NCBI GenBank assembly: GCA_038231455.1
Contig: JBBRLI010000005.1
Location: 126,032-190,031 of the forward strand
Direction of reading: 5' to 3'
DNA: 64,000 nt
Source of the DNA: Vulcanimicrobiales bacterium
GTDB taxonomy: Bacteria; Vulcanimicrobiota; Vulcanimicrobiia; Vulcanimicrobiales; Vulcanimicrobiaceae
Part shown: piece after piece, positions 40,165 through 48,981 of the stretch
Layout: every line of letters starts with the position of its first letter
Numbering within the stretch: position 1 is the first letter of the stretch
Translations under genes and position numbers: made by a program
The notes under the pieces: model-generated
What the model was told of the DNA's origin: nothing
The model's input: only the letters and a program-made list of their open reading frames with translations
The model's database searches: none

Positions 40165-40917
40165 ATGATCCAGCGTACTGACGGCCGGTCCAAAGACCAG
40201 CTCCGACCGATCGTAATCGAGCCGAACTTCCTCAAATACGCCGAAGGCAGTGCCCTAGTCTCCATGGGGAATACACGCGTCCTCTGCGCGGCCAGTATCG
40301 AAGACAAGGTTCCCCCGTGGATGCGCGGCCGCGGAACCGGCTGGATCACCGCCGAGTACGCGATGCTCCCGCGAGCGACAAACGAACGCACGCAGCGCGA
40401 GTCGGCGAAAGGGAAAATCGGTGGTCGCACGCACGAGATTCAGCGCATTATCGGGCGCGCACTCCGGGCGATCGTCGACCTCAAGAAATTGGGTGAAAAA
40501 ACAATCTGGGTCGATTGCGACGTCATCCAAGCGGACGGCGGGACGCGAACGACCGCGATCACCGGCGCGTACGTGGCGCTCGCGCTTGCCTTACGCAAAT
40601 CGTTCGACCCGGCCGACGCGAAAGCGTGGCCCCTGACGGCCCAGCTCGCCGCAACGAGCGTCGGCTTGATCGAGGGTGAAGTGCTCCTGGACCTGGCGTA
40701 TGACGAGGACAGCCGCGCCGAGGTCGACATGAACGTCGTGATGACCGATGCCGGCGCGTTCGTCGAACTTCAAGGGACGGCTGAAGGCGCACCATTCACA
40801 CGCACGCAACTCGACGCGTTTCTCGCAAGCGCCGAAGGTGGCATTCAATCGCTCTTCGCCGCGCAGCGCGAAGCGCTCGCCCCGCACGGCTTCGGCCATT
40901 ATTTGACACTTGCCTGA
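40165..40917 (+). CDS. rph: Ribonuclease PH
   Basis: ATG 40165. [34 protein letters not shown] and ELQGTAE motifs. Confidence 0.97.
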   Translation: MIQRTDGRSKDQLRPIVIEPNFLKYAEGSALVSMGNTRVLCAASIEDKVPPWMRGRGTGWITAEYAMLPRATNERTQRESAKGKIGGRTHEIQRIIGRALRAIVDLKKLGEKTIWVDCDVIQADGGTRTTAITGAYVALALALRKSFDPADAKAWPLTAQLAATSVGLIEGEVLLDLAYDEDSRAEVDMNVVMTDAGAFVELQGTAEGAPFTRTQLDAFLASAEGGIQSLFAAQREALAPHGFGHYLTLA

Positions 40918-41245
40918 AGCGCATCGGCTCGCCGCTCTGATCGCCGAGGTAGGCGCTTTCTATCTCACCGATCGGGCAATCAAGAAAGCGCAATCGGCAG
41001 CCGAGGCCGCCCTTGCTTCCGGTGCACTCGACGCGCGCGCAGAGTCGGCCTATATCGCTGCGGTGCGCGTGTACTTTGACGGCTTCGAACGCGAGGCGCA
41101 GTCACAGCTCAAACATGTCGACCGCGAACTGCAGAAGCTCTACCAACTTCAATATAACCTCACTGCCGAGCGGAGCGTCGCCGCCCGCCGCGTTGAGGCA
41201 ACGCAAGGCGTCCTTGCCAAGCTGCGGGAACTCGGCAGCCAATGA
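40910..41245 (+). CDS. Hypothetical helical/coiled-coil protein
   Basis: TTG start overlaps the rph stop and its own stop overlaps the mlaE start; heptad-like C-terminal half. Confidence 0.7.
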   Translation: MPEAHRLAALIAEVGAFYLTDRAIKKAQSAAEAALASGALDARAESAYIAAVRVYFDGFEREAQSQLKHVDRELQKLYQLQYNLTAERSVAARRVEATQGVLAKLRELGSQ

Positions 41246-42024
41246 ACATGCTCGAAAACGTCGGGCGTGAGACGTCGTCATTTTTCGAGTATGTAGGCGG
41301 AGCGACCGCGCTACTCGGCGACTCGACGCGCTTTATCTTCACGCTGCGGATACGCATCAAAGAGACACTCGATCAGGCGTACCGCCTCGGGGTGGAATCG
41401 ACGGCGATCGTCTGTTTGACATCGCTCTTCACCGGGTTTGTGATCTCCCTTGAGTCAGCGACGCAAGCGGTGCAGTACGGCGCGGAGAGTCTCATCGGTG
41501 GTGGCGTCGCGTTCATCTCCGTGCGCGAACTCGGCCCGATGCTCTCGGCCGTCGTGGTCGCGGGTCGGACGGGTGCAGCGATCGCCGCCGAAATCGGCTC
41601 GATGGTCGTGACCGAGCAAGTCGAGGCATTGCAAGCACTCGGACTCTCGCCCGTGCGCATGCTCGTCGTCCCCCGGCTGGTCGCCCTGATGGTCATGATG
41701 CCGCTCTTGACGGTATTTGCGGATCTCGTTTCGTTTCTCGGCGGCATGTGGATCGCGAACTCGTCGGCACACGTTCCGACCGATACGTTTCTCACATCTG
41801 CAAAATCGGCCGTGACGATCATCGACGTGCTCAAAGGGCTTTTCAAAGCGCTGATCTTCGCCGTCATCATCGCCGTAATCGGATCGTATCAGGGACTTGG
41901 CACCCGCGGCGGTGCAGCCGGTGTTGGCAAGTCGACGACCGGCGCGGTCGTCACGGCGATCATTTTGATCTTCATCGCGAACTTTGCAATGTCGTACATT
42001 TTGTTCCGGCCTGCCGGTGGCTGA
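41242..42024 (+). CDS. mlaE: MlaE-family ABC permease
   Basis: RELGPMLSAVVVAGRTGAAIAAEIGSM, EQVEAL and GGAAGVGKSTT motifs. Confidence 0.95.
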   Translation: MNMLENVGRETSSFFEYVGGATALLGDSTRFIFTLRIRIKETLDQAYRLGVESTAIVCLTSLFTGFVISLESATQAVQYGAESLIGGGVAFISVRELGPMLSAVVVAGRTGAAIAAEIGSMVVTEQVEALQALGLSPVRMLVVPRLVALMVMMPLLTVFADLVSFLGGMWIANSSAHVPTDTFLTSAKSAVTIIDVLKGLFKALIFAVIIAVIGSYQGLGTRGGAAGVGKSTTGAVVTAIILIFIANFAMSYILFRPAGG

Positions 42025-42772
42025 GTTACTCGCGCGGATCGAAGACGTCGCGGTCCGCTACAAACAAAAAGTGGTCATGGAAAGCCTCTCGCTCGACATC
42101 GTCGAGGGCGCTATCACGTGTATTATCGGCCTCTCGGGTGCCGGTAAATCGACCATTTTGCGCCTGCTCAACGGCTTACGCAAACCGGACGCCGGTCACG
42201 TGTATGTCAAAGGCGTCGACATCTGCCACATCCCCGAACGGCAACTCGTCGATCTGCGCCGTTCGATCGGCTTTTCGTTCCAATTCTCCGCGATGTTCGA
42301 TAGCCTCACCATTTTTGAGAATATCGCGCTGCCGCTCCGCGAACACACCAAAATGGGCGAACGCGAAATCGCCGATCTCGTGAAGTCAACGCTCGAAGGC
42401 GTCGGGCTCGCCAACGTCGAGCAGCGGCTCCCGTCGGAACTCTCGGGCGGGATGCTCAAACGCGCGGGCTTCGCGCGCGCGGTCGTAACCAATCCGGAAC
42501 TCGTGCTTTACGACGAACCGACTACGGGTCTCGATCCGATCATCACCCATTTGCTCACCGATACGATCAAGCGGTTGCGCGAGAAGCTCAACGGTACGGC
42601 CGTGGTCGTTTCCCATGACTTGCAAAGTATTTACATGATGGCCGACTACGTGGCGATGCTCTTCGAGGGAGCGATCATCGCGTACGGAACCGTCGAGGAA
42701 ATCAAGAAATCGATCAATCCGATCGTGCAACAGTTCCTCCAGGGGAGCGAAGTTGGACCCATCCCGATATGA
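42017..42772 (+). CDS. mlaF: MlaF-family ABC ATPase
   Basis: GTG 42017. GLSGAGKS, LSGGMLKR, YDEPTTGLDP and SHD motifs. Confidence 0.94.
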   Translation: MAELLARIEDVAVRYKQKVVMESLSLDIVEGAITCIIGLSGAGKSTILRLLNGLRKPDAGHVYVKGVDICHIPERQLVDLRRSIGFSFQFSAMFDSLTIFENIALPLREHTKMGEREIADLVKSTLEGVGLANVEQRLPSELSGGMLKRAGFARAVVTNPELVLYDEPTTGLDPIITHLLTDTIKRLREKLNGTAVVVSHDLQSIYMMADYVAMLFEGAIIAYGTVEEIKKSINPIVQQFLQGSEVGPIPI

Positions 42773-42778
42773 GGCAGC

Positions 42779-44410
42779 ATGAGTAGACAAGCGTTAGTCG
42801 GTATCGTCTCGATCCTGGGACTGCTTGGCATTTTCGTCATCTTCTACGTCCTCTCCGATTTTGGGACGAAGCGGAACGGCTATCGCATGGGCGTGCATTT
42901 CAATTCGGCAGCGGGTCTGCACAAAGGCGCGCTCGTGTACGAAAGCGGCGTCAACGTCGGATCGATCGACACGATCACGCTCTTGCCGGATTTCACCGTC
43001 GATGTCATCCTCGCACTGCGCAACGATGTCGATATCCCGAAGAACTCAAAATTCTTCATTCAGGCGCCGCTCACCGGCGATCCCTCGCTGCTCATCATTC
43101 CGCCGGTTCCGCCGGTCGTCTCGACCAACTCGCTGCTCGCAACACCGATTCCCGCGGCCGTTGCAATTCTGCCGCACGAAGTGCAGCCGATCAACGAACA
43201 GCCGGTCGGCACCAACCCCGCCTCGATCGCCGAATTGCTCGTCGAAGGACAGGGCGAAGTCAAGCGCCTCGACGCATTGCTTGCCGATCTGCAGCAGCGC
43301 GAACCCAAGCTCCTCGATACGTTCCAGTCAGCGCTAACGAACGCCAATGAAATTACGATCCAGTCCAACCAAGAGATTCAAAAACTCTCACAAAAAGTCA
43401 ACGTACTGGCCGATTCACTGCAGTCGACGTTGACGGCGTCCGGGAATAACGTCAACGACCTGACAAGGCAGCTCAATACCATCGCACGCACGGATTCCGT
43501 CAAGGTGGACGGTCTCCTGAATCAGCTCGCGATGACCTCGAAGTCGCTCAACGAAACCGTTGACTCCGTTCGCGATCTTGCGAAGAACCCGCAGATTCGC
43601 GGCAACCTGATCGAGACGACGCAGTCGATCGCCGATACCACAAAAACCATCGCGTCGCTGGTGAGCGATCTGCGGAACGTCACCGGCAACCCCCAGACGC
43701 AGGCCCAACTGCGTGACACCGTTGCAAATATCGATGCCGTTTCACAGAAGACGAATTCGCTGCTCGCGGGATTTGGTGCCAAGTCAAGTGTTTACGGCGT
43801 CGACCGCGGCGCAACGCCGGCTCCCGGAACGACGGCGGGGCCGTCTGGCGCGGGTCCGGGTCGTCGTCCGCAAGGGTCTCCGCAAAGTAGCAGCGGCGTG
43901 CCACCTGCCGGCACTTCGGACTCTGGCAACGTGCCGGAGAATTTCAAGTCGAAGATTGGCGCCCTCGCACGCAACCTCGTCTCGCTGCAAGTGCGGATCG
44001 CCCAACTCGACGCTCAACCGCTGCGCAGCAATAGCTCGCCGCTCTTGACCAAAGATCGCGGCCCACAGACGGACATCAATCTGATCGCGTTACCACGCGG
44101 TACGACGAGTGCTCTCATCGGTGCAAATGATATCGGCAGCGGCAATACGACGTACAACTTTGCGGGAATGGGATCGTTCGGCAAAGACGTGAAGATCGGG
44201 GGCGGCGTCCTCTACTCGCGCCTCGGCGTCCTCGGCTCGCTCAGCGCTGGAAAATTCACGGCGGAAGGTCGCCTGTACGATCCGCGTCATCCTACGCTTG
44301 ATGCCTACGGTCACATCAAAGCCGTCGACCAACTCGAACTTTTCTTAGGCGAACGCGACCTCACGCATACCGGCCGCCGTTCCGTCTTCGGCGTTCAACT
44401 GCAGTTCTAG
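42779..44410 (+). CDS. mlaD: Long MlaD/MCE protein with helical stalk and C-terminal beta-barrel-like domain
   Basis: TM anchor; MCE motif AAGLHKGALVYESGVNVGSI; long coiled coil; P/G/S linker; beta-strand C-terminus ending VFGVQLQF. Confidence 0.9.
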   Translation: MSRQALVGIVSILGLLGIFVIFYVLSDFGTKRNGYRMGVHFNSAAGLHKGALVYESGVNVGSIDTITLLPDFTVDVILALRNDVDIPKNSKFFIQAPLTGDPSLLIIPPVPPVVSTNSLLATPIPAAVAILPHEVQPINEQPVGTNPASIAELLVEGQGEVKRLDALLADLQQREPKLLDTFQSALTNANEITIQSNQEIQKLSQKVNVLADSLQSTLTASGNNVNDLTRQLNTIARTDSVKVDGLLNQLAMTSKSLNETVDSVRDLAKNPQIRGNLIETTQSIADTTKTIASLVSDLRNVTGNPQTQAQLRDTVANIDAVSQKTNSLLAGFGAKSSVYGVDRGATPAPGTTAGPSGAGPGRRPQGSPQSSSGVPPAGTSDSGNVPENFKSKIGALARNLVSLQVRIAQLDAQPLRSNSSPLLTKDRGPQTDINLIALPRGTTSALIGANDIGSGNTTYNFAGMGSFGKDVKIGGGVLYSRLGVLGSLSAGKFTAEGRLYDPRHPTLDAYGHIKAVDQLELFLGERDLTHTGRRSVFGVQLQF

Positions 44411-44411
44411 A

Positions 44412-45119
44412 GTGATCCCATTTGGGGATAGTAAGAAGCTGCCGATCTTCCCGGTGGTCGTCTACGCGCTCATCGCGATCAATACGCTCGTCTTTTTTCA
44501 GGAGACGGGCGCGCGGGATACCGATGCGTTTATCAACGCCTTCGCAAGCATCCCGTATGACGTCATCAACCAGATCCAGTTGCCGCCCCCGAGCCCGCAG
44601 CCGGTCTATCTCACCCTCGTCACCGCGATGTTTTTGCACGGCTCGGTATTGCATATTTTTTTCAACATGCTTTTTCTCTTCGTGTTCGGACCAGAGATCG
44701 AGTATCTGTTCGGCCACGTGCGCTTCATCGTGTTCTATCTGCTCGCGGGGATCATTGGGAACGTTGCGCAAATCGCGATCGATCCGGGGTCGCACATCCC
44801 CGCGATCGGAGCGTCGGGTGCGATTGCGGGCGTGCTCGGCGCGTACATCATCAAGTTTCCAACGGCCAAGATCAACACCATAACGCCGATCGGCTGCTTT
44901 CCACTCTTTCTGCGCTTGCCCGCGGCGCTCGTCATCGGGATCTGGGCGCTGACCCAGTTCATCCACGGCTATGGCGCTATCACCACCCACGTTACAAGCG
45001 AACAGGGCGGAGGGACGGCCTATTTTGCGCACATCGGGGGGTTTGTCGCCGGGGTGATTTTCGCGAGCTTCTTTTCGATCCGCACGGGATCACCGCGACG
45101 CTATCGGTATTACTACTAA
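44412..45119 (+). CDS. Rhomboid intramembrane serine protease
   Basis: MFLHGSVLHIFFNM, GASGAIAG (catalytic Ser) and AHIGGF (catalytic His). Confidence 0.95.
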   Translation: MIPFGDSKKLPIFPVVVYALIAINTLVFFQETGARDTDAFINAFASIPYDVINQIQLPPPSPQPVYLTLVTAMFLHGSVLHIFFNMLFLFVFGPEIEYLFGHVRFIVFYLLAGIIGNVAQIAIDPGSHIPAIGASGAIAGVLGAYIIKFPTAKINTITPIGCFPLFLRLPAALVIGIWALTQFIHGYGAITTHVTSEQGGGTAYFAHIGGFVAGVIFASFFSIRTGSPRRYRYYY

Positions 45120-45120
45120 C

Positions 45121-46035
45121 ATGGCTCGTATGAACGTAGGGATCATCGGCGCGGGCGCGATCGGCACGCTCTTCGGCTGGCATTTGGCACAACATCACGA
45201 CGTGACGTTCGTCGAACGACGACCCGAGGTCGTCGCGACGCTCCAAGAACACGGAATCCGGCTCGACGATGAATCCGAGATCCGACGCATCACCGCGACC
45301 TCGGACAATACCGCGCTCTACGGCTGCAATGCGATCTTTCTCTTCGTTCGCGCGACCGATACGCTGCGCGCGCTGCGACCGTTCGGCGGCAAGCTCAACC
45401 CCGCAGTGCCGATCGTCTCGTTACAAAACGGTCTTGGAAACGAAGAGGCGATCAAAACAGCGCTCGGGGGTACGATTGCCCTCGTTCTCGGTGCGACGAC
45501 GGAGTCTGCCGTAACGATTGCGCCCGGGCATTCGAAACGCATCGGCGTCGGCAAGACCGTCTGCGGTACCGGTGGCGCTTCGCCCGAGACGGTGCAGCGC
45601 ATCGTCGCGCTGCTCGATGGCTGCGGACTCTCCGCCTCGACCGTCTATGACATCCGACCGCATTTATGGGGCAAACTGATCGCGAACGCCGCAATCAACC
45701 CGGTCTCGGCACTGCTCGATCGACCCAACGGCATCATCCTCCAGGACCTCAATGCGATGGAACTCGCACGGGCTCTGGCACAAGAAGCCGCCGCCGTCGC
45801 AAGCGCACTGCGCATTCCGCTCCCGTTCGGCGATCCGTGGACGTACGTCAAAGAGATTGTCGAGCAGACCGCAGAGATGCGCAATTCGATGGCCTACGAT
45901 CTTGCGAACGGTTACAAAACTGAAATCGACTTCATCAACGGCGCCGTCGTCGCCACGGGTCGGCGAGCTGCCGTACCGACTCCGTTTAATGAAACGATCA
46001 CGCGACTCGTGAAGGCGCGCGAAGCGATCGGTTAA
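45121..46035 (+). CDS. panE: Ketopantoate reductase family protein
   Basis: GAGAIG, LQNGLG, WGKLIANAAINP, SMAYD and TEIDFINGAV motifs. Confidence 0.92.
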   Translation: MARMNVGIIGAGAIGTLFGWHLAQHHDVTFVERRPEVVATLQEHGIRLDDESEIRRITATSDNTALYGCNAIFLFVRATDTLRALRPFGGKLNPAVPIVSLQNGLGNEEAIKTALGGTIALVLGATTESAVTIAPGHSKRIGVGKTVCGTGGASPETVQRIVALLDGCGLSASTVYDIRPHLWGKLIANAAINPVSALLDRPNGIILQDLNAMELARALAQEAAAVASALRIPLPFGDPWTYVKEIVEQTAEMRNSMAYDLANGYKTEIDFINGAVVATGRRAAVPTPFNETITRLVKAREAIG

Positions 46036-46460
46036 AACTCTTTGTACGGCAAGAATTTGGCGTCCATGACGATGACGGCGCGTTCGCCTTTGCGTTCGAA
46101 CGAGAGTTTGAGATCGATTGCCGAGAGTATGCCGTCGCCGAAGTGTTCGTTTGTGAGCGTCCGCAGCGAGTCGCCGTAGACCTCCATCATTTCGTGGAGT
46201 CGATACAGGAACGGATCGGTGTCACGCACGGGACATTCGGTGAGTGTGTCGAGGTCCGGCGCACTGCAGCCTAAGATCGTGGCAAGCGATTCTGCGGTCG
46301 GCTTCGTCATCATCGCTTGCCCGCTAAAAAGCGCTCCAACCCAAACGTTACTTTTGCCGAGCTTCGCGGCGACATCGTCGATCGACATGCCTTTGGTTTT
46401 GCGGAGCGAGCGGATCAAGGCAATTGCCTCGGGACGTTCGAGATCGGTATCGGCGAGCAT
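46032..46460 (-). CDS. cynS: Cyanate hydratase (cyanase)
   Basis: ATG 46460. N-terminal HTH-like domain; TDPFLYRLHE and FGDGILSAID (catalytic R, E, S); ends KFLPYKEF. Confidence 0.95.
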   Translation of the reverse strand: MLADTDLERPEAIALIRSLRKTKGMSIDDVAAKLGKSNVWVGALFSGQAMMTKPTAESLATILGCSAPDLDTLTECPVRDTDPFLYRLHEMMEVYGDSLRTLTNEHFGDGILSAIDLKLSFERKGERAVIVMDAKFLPYKEF

Positions 46461-46497
46461 AGTGTGGCCTTTCACGGCTTGCGGCGAGTTCGTGGTG

Positions 46498-46552
46498 TTC
46501 CAACCGGCGGCATGATGACTTCTCGACAAAGGGCGAGTCGGCGGCGGCTTTG
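46498..46552 (-). promoter_or_regulatory. Candidate structured cis-regulatory RNA in cynS leader
   Basis: Minus strand AAGCCG-CCGCC-GACTCG-CCCTTTGT-CGAGAAGTC-ATCATGCCGC-CGGTT: outer stem AGCCG/CGGUU enclosing an inner bulged stem GACU..AGUC. Confidence 0.45.
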
Positions 46553-46582
46553 CTTTACGCATTGGTGCCAACCAAGAGCTGT

Positions 46583-47524
46583 CTAACGGTCCTCGCGCTT
46601 GTCGCGCGGATGCGACTCGTCGTATTGCTTGCGCAGATGGGCTTTGGAGACGTTGAGGTAGATTTGCGTTGTGGCAAGACTCGCGTGGCCGAGAAGTTCC
46701 TTGATCGTGAGCAGATCGGCGCCGTTTTCGAGCAGATGCGTTGCGAATGAGTGACGCACGACGTGGGGCGAGGCTTTGAGCGCAAGGCCGCTGACCTTGG
46801 CGTACATCTTGAAGACGACGCCCGCCATCGAATGACTCAGGCGCGTTCCGCGCCGACTCAAAAACAGGGCGCGATCGTTTGTCCGCGGACGGAGGCCGAG
46901 ATACATCCGAATCGCATCGGCGGTCGCATCGTTAAAAAAAACGACGCGTTCCTTATCCCCTTTGCCGATCACACGCATCGAACGTCGTTCGAGATCGACA
47001 TCGTCGAGGTTGATTCCTACGAGTTCCGCCCGTCGGATACCGGCGGCGTAGAGTAGTTCGAACATCGCGGCGTCGCGCAGTCGGAGAAAGTCCGTCCTGC
47101 CGGCGACGCGCGTCCGAAGAAACTGGCCCATTTCATCTTCGCTCAAAACCTTCGGGACGCGTTTCTCAGCCTTGGGCGGAGTAACGCCGTACGTCGGATC
47201 GACCGTCATCCGTCCGCTATAGACCTGATATTTGTAGAACGAACGAATCGCAAATATCTTTCGTCGAACGGCGACCGCTTTGATCGTCTTCGGGCGCATG
47301 AGCTCAATAATGTAGCGGCGGATTTCGGAATTTGTCGCCTTGAGAAGAAGCTCGTCAATTGGATAATCGCCTGGAATGACCGAGGGCAAAAAGGCGAGAA
47401 ATTCTTCAATCTCGCGCTGGTACTCGACTGCGGTGCGTGAAGCAAGATTTCGCTCAAGCGTAATGTACTCGACGTACCGGCGCAGTGAGGGACTCGGATC
47501 TACCAACGACACGTTAGGTGTCAT
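46583..47524 (-). CDS. xerC: Tyrosine recombinase, XerC/XerD family (C vs D not resolvable)
   Basis: ELLYAAGIRRAEL (R), GKGDKER (K), HVVRHSFATHLL, LLGH and TTQIY; C-terminal YDESHPR. Start at ATG 47524 (alternative TTG 47554). Confidence 0.88.
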   Translation of the reverse strand: MTPNVSLVDPSPSLRRYVEYITLERNLASRTAVEYQREIEEFLAFLPSVIPGDYPIDELLLKATNSEIRRYIIELMRPKTIKAVAVRRKIFAIRSFYKYQVYSGRMTVDPTYGVTPPKAEKRVPKVLSEDEMGQFLRTRVAGRTDFLRLRDAAMFELLYAAGIRRAELVGINLDDVDLERRSMRVIGKGDKERVVFFNDATADAIRMYLGLRPRTNDRALFLSRRGTRLSHSMAGVVFKMYAKVSGLALKASPHVVRHSFATHLLENGADLLTIKELLGHASLATTQIYLNVSKAHLRKQYDESHPRDKREDR

Positions 47525-47966
47525 ACTCGCTGAGAATAAGCGCGTTGTCGACAAAGCTCGTCCATGCGGAGTCGTTCGTAATCAGATAGTCGACTCTGGC
47601 GACGATTCCCGTAGCAACGATTAGCGCATCAGGCGTCGTAGCGCTCGTCTTCGCACGGAGTTGGGCGGCCTTTCGCGCGATGTCGAATGTCACGTCATGT
47701 AGTGTTAAATGGGGGTAATAGTTCAAAAACTCCTGATACGGACTGTCATCGTGTCCGGCCCGACTCGGTCCAACAAGCAGTTCCATGACGCTGATCATCG
47801 AGACGATTGCCTCGTTTCGACCGCCGTGAATCCAGTCGTCGACAAGCAGTCTTGCCGATTTACTGATTGCCTGGCCGTCCTCAAGATAGGCGATCAGGAC
47901 GTTTGTATCGAGCAGCACGCTCGAACCGGCTTTGATCGCCGCCTCGAGCGATTTGGCTACTCCCAA
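47514..47966 (-). CDS. vapC: PIN-domain toxin (VapC-like)
   Basis: LLDTNVLI, SVMELLVG, TPDALIVAT and LITND acidic PIN residues. Confidence 0.92.
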   Translation of the reverse strand: MGVAKSLEAAIKAGSSVLLDTNVLIAYLEDGQAISKSARLLVDDWIHGGRNEAIVSMISVMELLVGPSRAGHDDSPYQEFLNYYPHLTLHDVTFDIARKAAQLRAKTSATTPDALIVATGIVARVDYLITNDSAWTSFVDNALILSEYDT

Positions 47967-48217
47967 GAGTTGCGCTCGCGACGAACAAACGCCGCGCCCT
48001 CGCCGTAAACCCCGCTCGCGATCCCCGCATACGACCGGCGCACGGGGCGCAAGGAAAGTGCGCCGCGACCAATCTCGACGACCACGGTGTCGCCTTCAGA
48101 TATTCCGAGAGCCTCAGCGGCCTCACGCGGGATCGTTAATTGGTTTTTTCGCCGCATCGTTGCGAGGAGCGTAGTTCGCTTCAAACGAGAGTTTTCCAAC
48201 TGATCCTCATTTTTCAT
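47957..48217 (-). CDS. vapB: AbrB/MazE/SpoVT-type antitoxin (VapB-like)
   Basis: KNQLTIPREAAEALGISEGDTV and LSLRP motifs; overlaps vapC by 10 nt. ATG 48217. Confidence 0.9.
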   Translation of the reverse strand: MKNEDQLENSRLKRTTLLATMRRKNQLTIPREAAEALGISEGDTVVVEIGRGALSLRPVRRSYAGIASGVYGEGAAFVRRERNSWE

Positions 48218-48234
48218 ACTTTGAGAGTATAGCA
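48216..48234 (-). promoter_or_regulatory. Extended -10 promoter (TGcTATACT) with overlapping palindromic operator for vapBC
   Basis: TGCTATACT lies 8 nt before the vapB ATG with no SD; inverted repeat ATACT-N5-AGTAT at 48216-48230. Confidence 0.65.
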
Positions 48235-48361
48235 CGACGTTGTCTGGCGCTTCAGAGTCAGCTTTGCTTTTCCGCATCTTCATCGTCCGTCGCTCTATTC
48301 CCCCAAATCACAGTTTGTGGTAATAGAAATGGGGAAAGCCTCTTGAACGAATTTCCGATCT

Positions 48362-48925
48362 CTATCGCGACCGCACCGGAACCATGGGTCGGTCGTTTGG
48401 CTGATAGAGCGCTTGCGGTAACGTCCGCAACTTGGGGTGCGCGACGTATTCGAGTTTGCCACGCTGCAACAACGTGTCCGCGGTGTTGAACGTGGGCGGA
48501 TGATCGGAAAGGCGTGGCCCGTCGGTAGTCGGGATGCTGCACTTGAACTCGTTGCGGCGCGGATCGAGGATGAATCCCACGGCGTAGAGTGTGCGCGAGT
48601 CGGTGGGGAGCGTAAAGACGTGCAAGACACGTCCGTCGTGCACGCATGTCTGCGGTTTGCGGTCGGTCACAAGGAAGCCACGTTGCACCCATTTCGGTGC
48701 AACGCGTAAAGCGATCGCATCTCCGTCGATCCGGACCTCTGTTTTCCCGCGGAAATGCAAGTTCTGCGCATAGAATGCTATGCCAATCGACCGGCTCGTC
48801 GACGCGGGTGCCGCAAGCGGTGCGGGTCGCATCAAAGCAGTTGATGCCAGCATGTACGTAAACATCAACGCGCTGGCAGTCAGAAGCGCGATCCCGGTGA
48901 CCGAGACAATCGCGCGGACGTTCAC
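48362..48925 (-). CDS. Hypothetical exported/membrane-anchored protein
   Basis: AAGGAG SD before GTG; N-terminal hydrophobic helix; two Cys. Confidence 0.6.
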   Translation of the reverse strand: MNVRAIVSVTGIALLTASALMFTYMLASTALMRPAPLAAPASTSRSIGIAFYAQNLHFRGKTEVRIDGDAIALRVAPKWVQRGFLVTDRKPQTCVHDGRVLHVFTLPTDSRTLYAVGFILDPRRNEFKCSIPTTDGPRLSDHPPTFNTADTLLQRGKLEYVAHPKLRTLPQALYQPNDRPMVPVRSR

Positions 48926-48981
48926 CTATCTGCTCCTTTGTGCGTGATCGGTCGAGATGACCACGGTAGCAGAAAAACGAC

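Noticed and set aside
46555..46575. Sigma54 promoter upstream of cynS (TTGGCAC)
   Set aside because: No GC at the required -12 spacing.
47683..47710. dif-like site (TAGTGTTAAAT resembles the XerD arm) near the xer gene
   Set aside because: It lies inside vapC coding sequence and has no credible XerC arm; likely chance.
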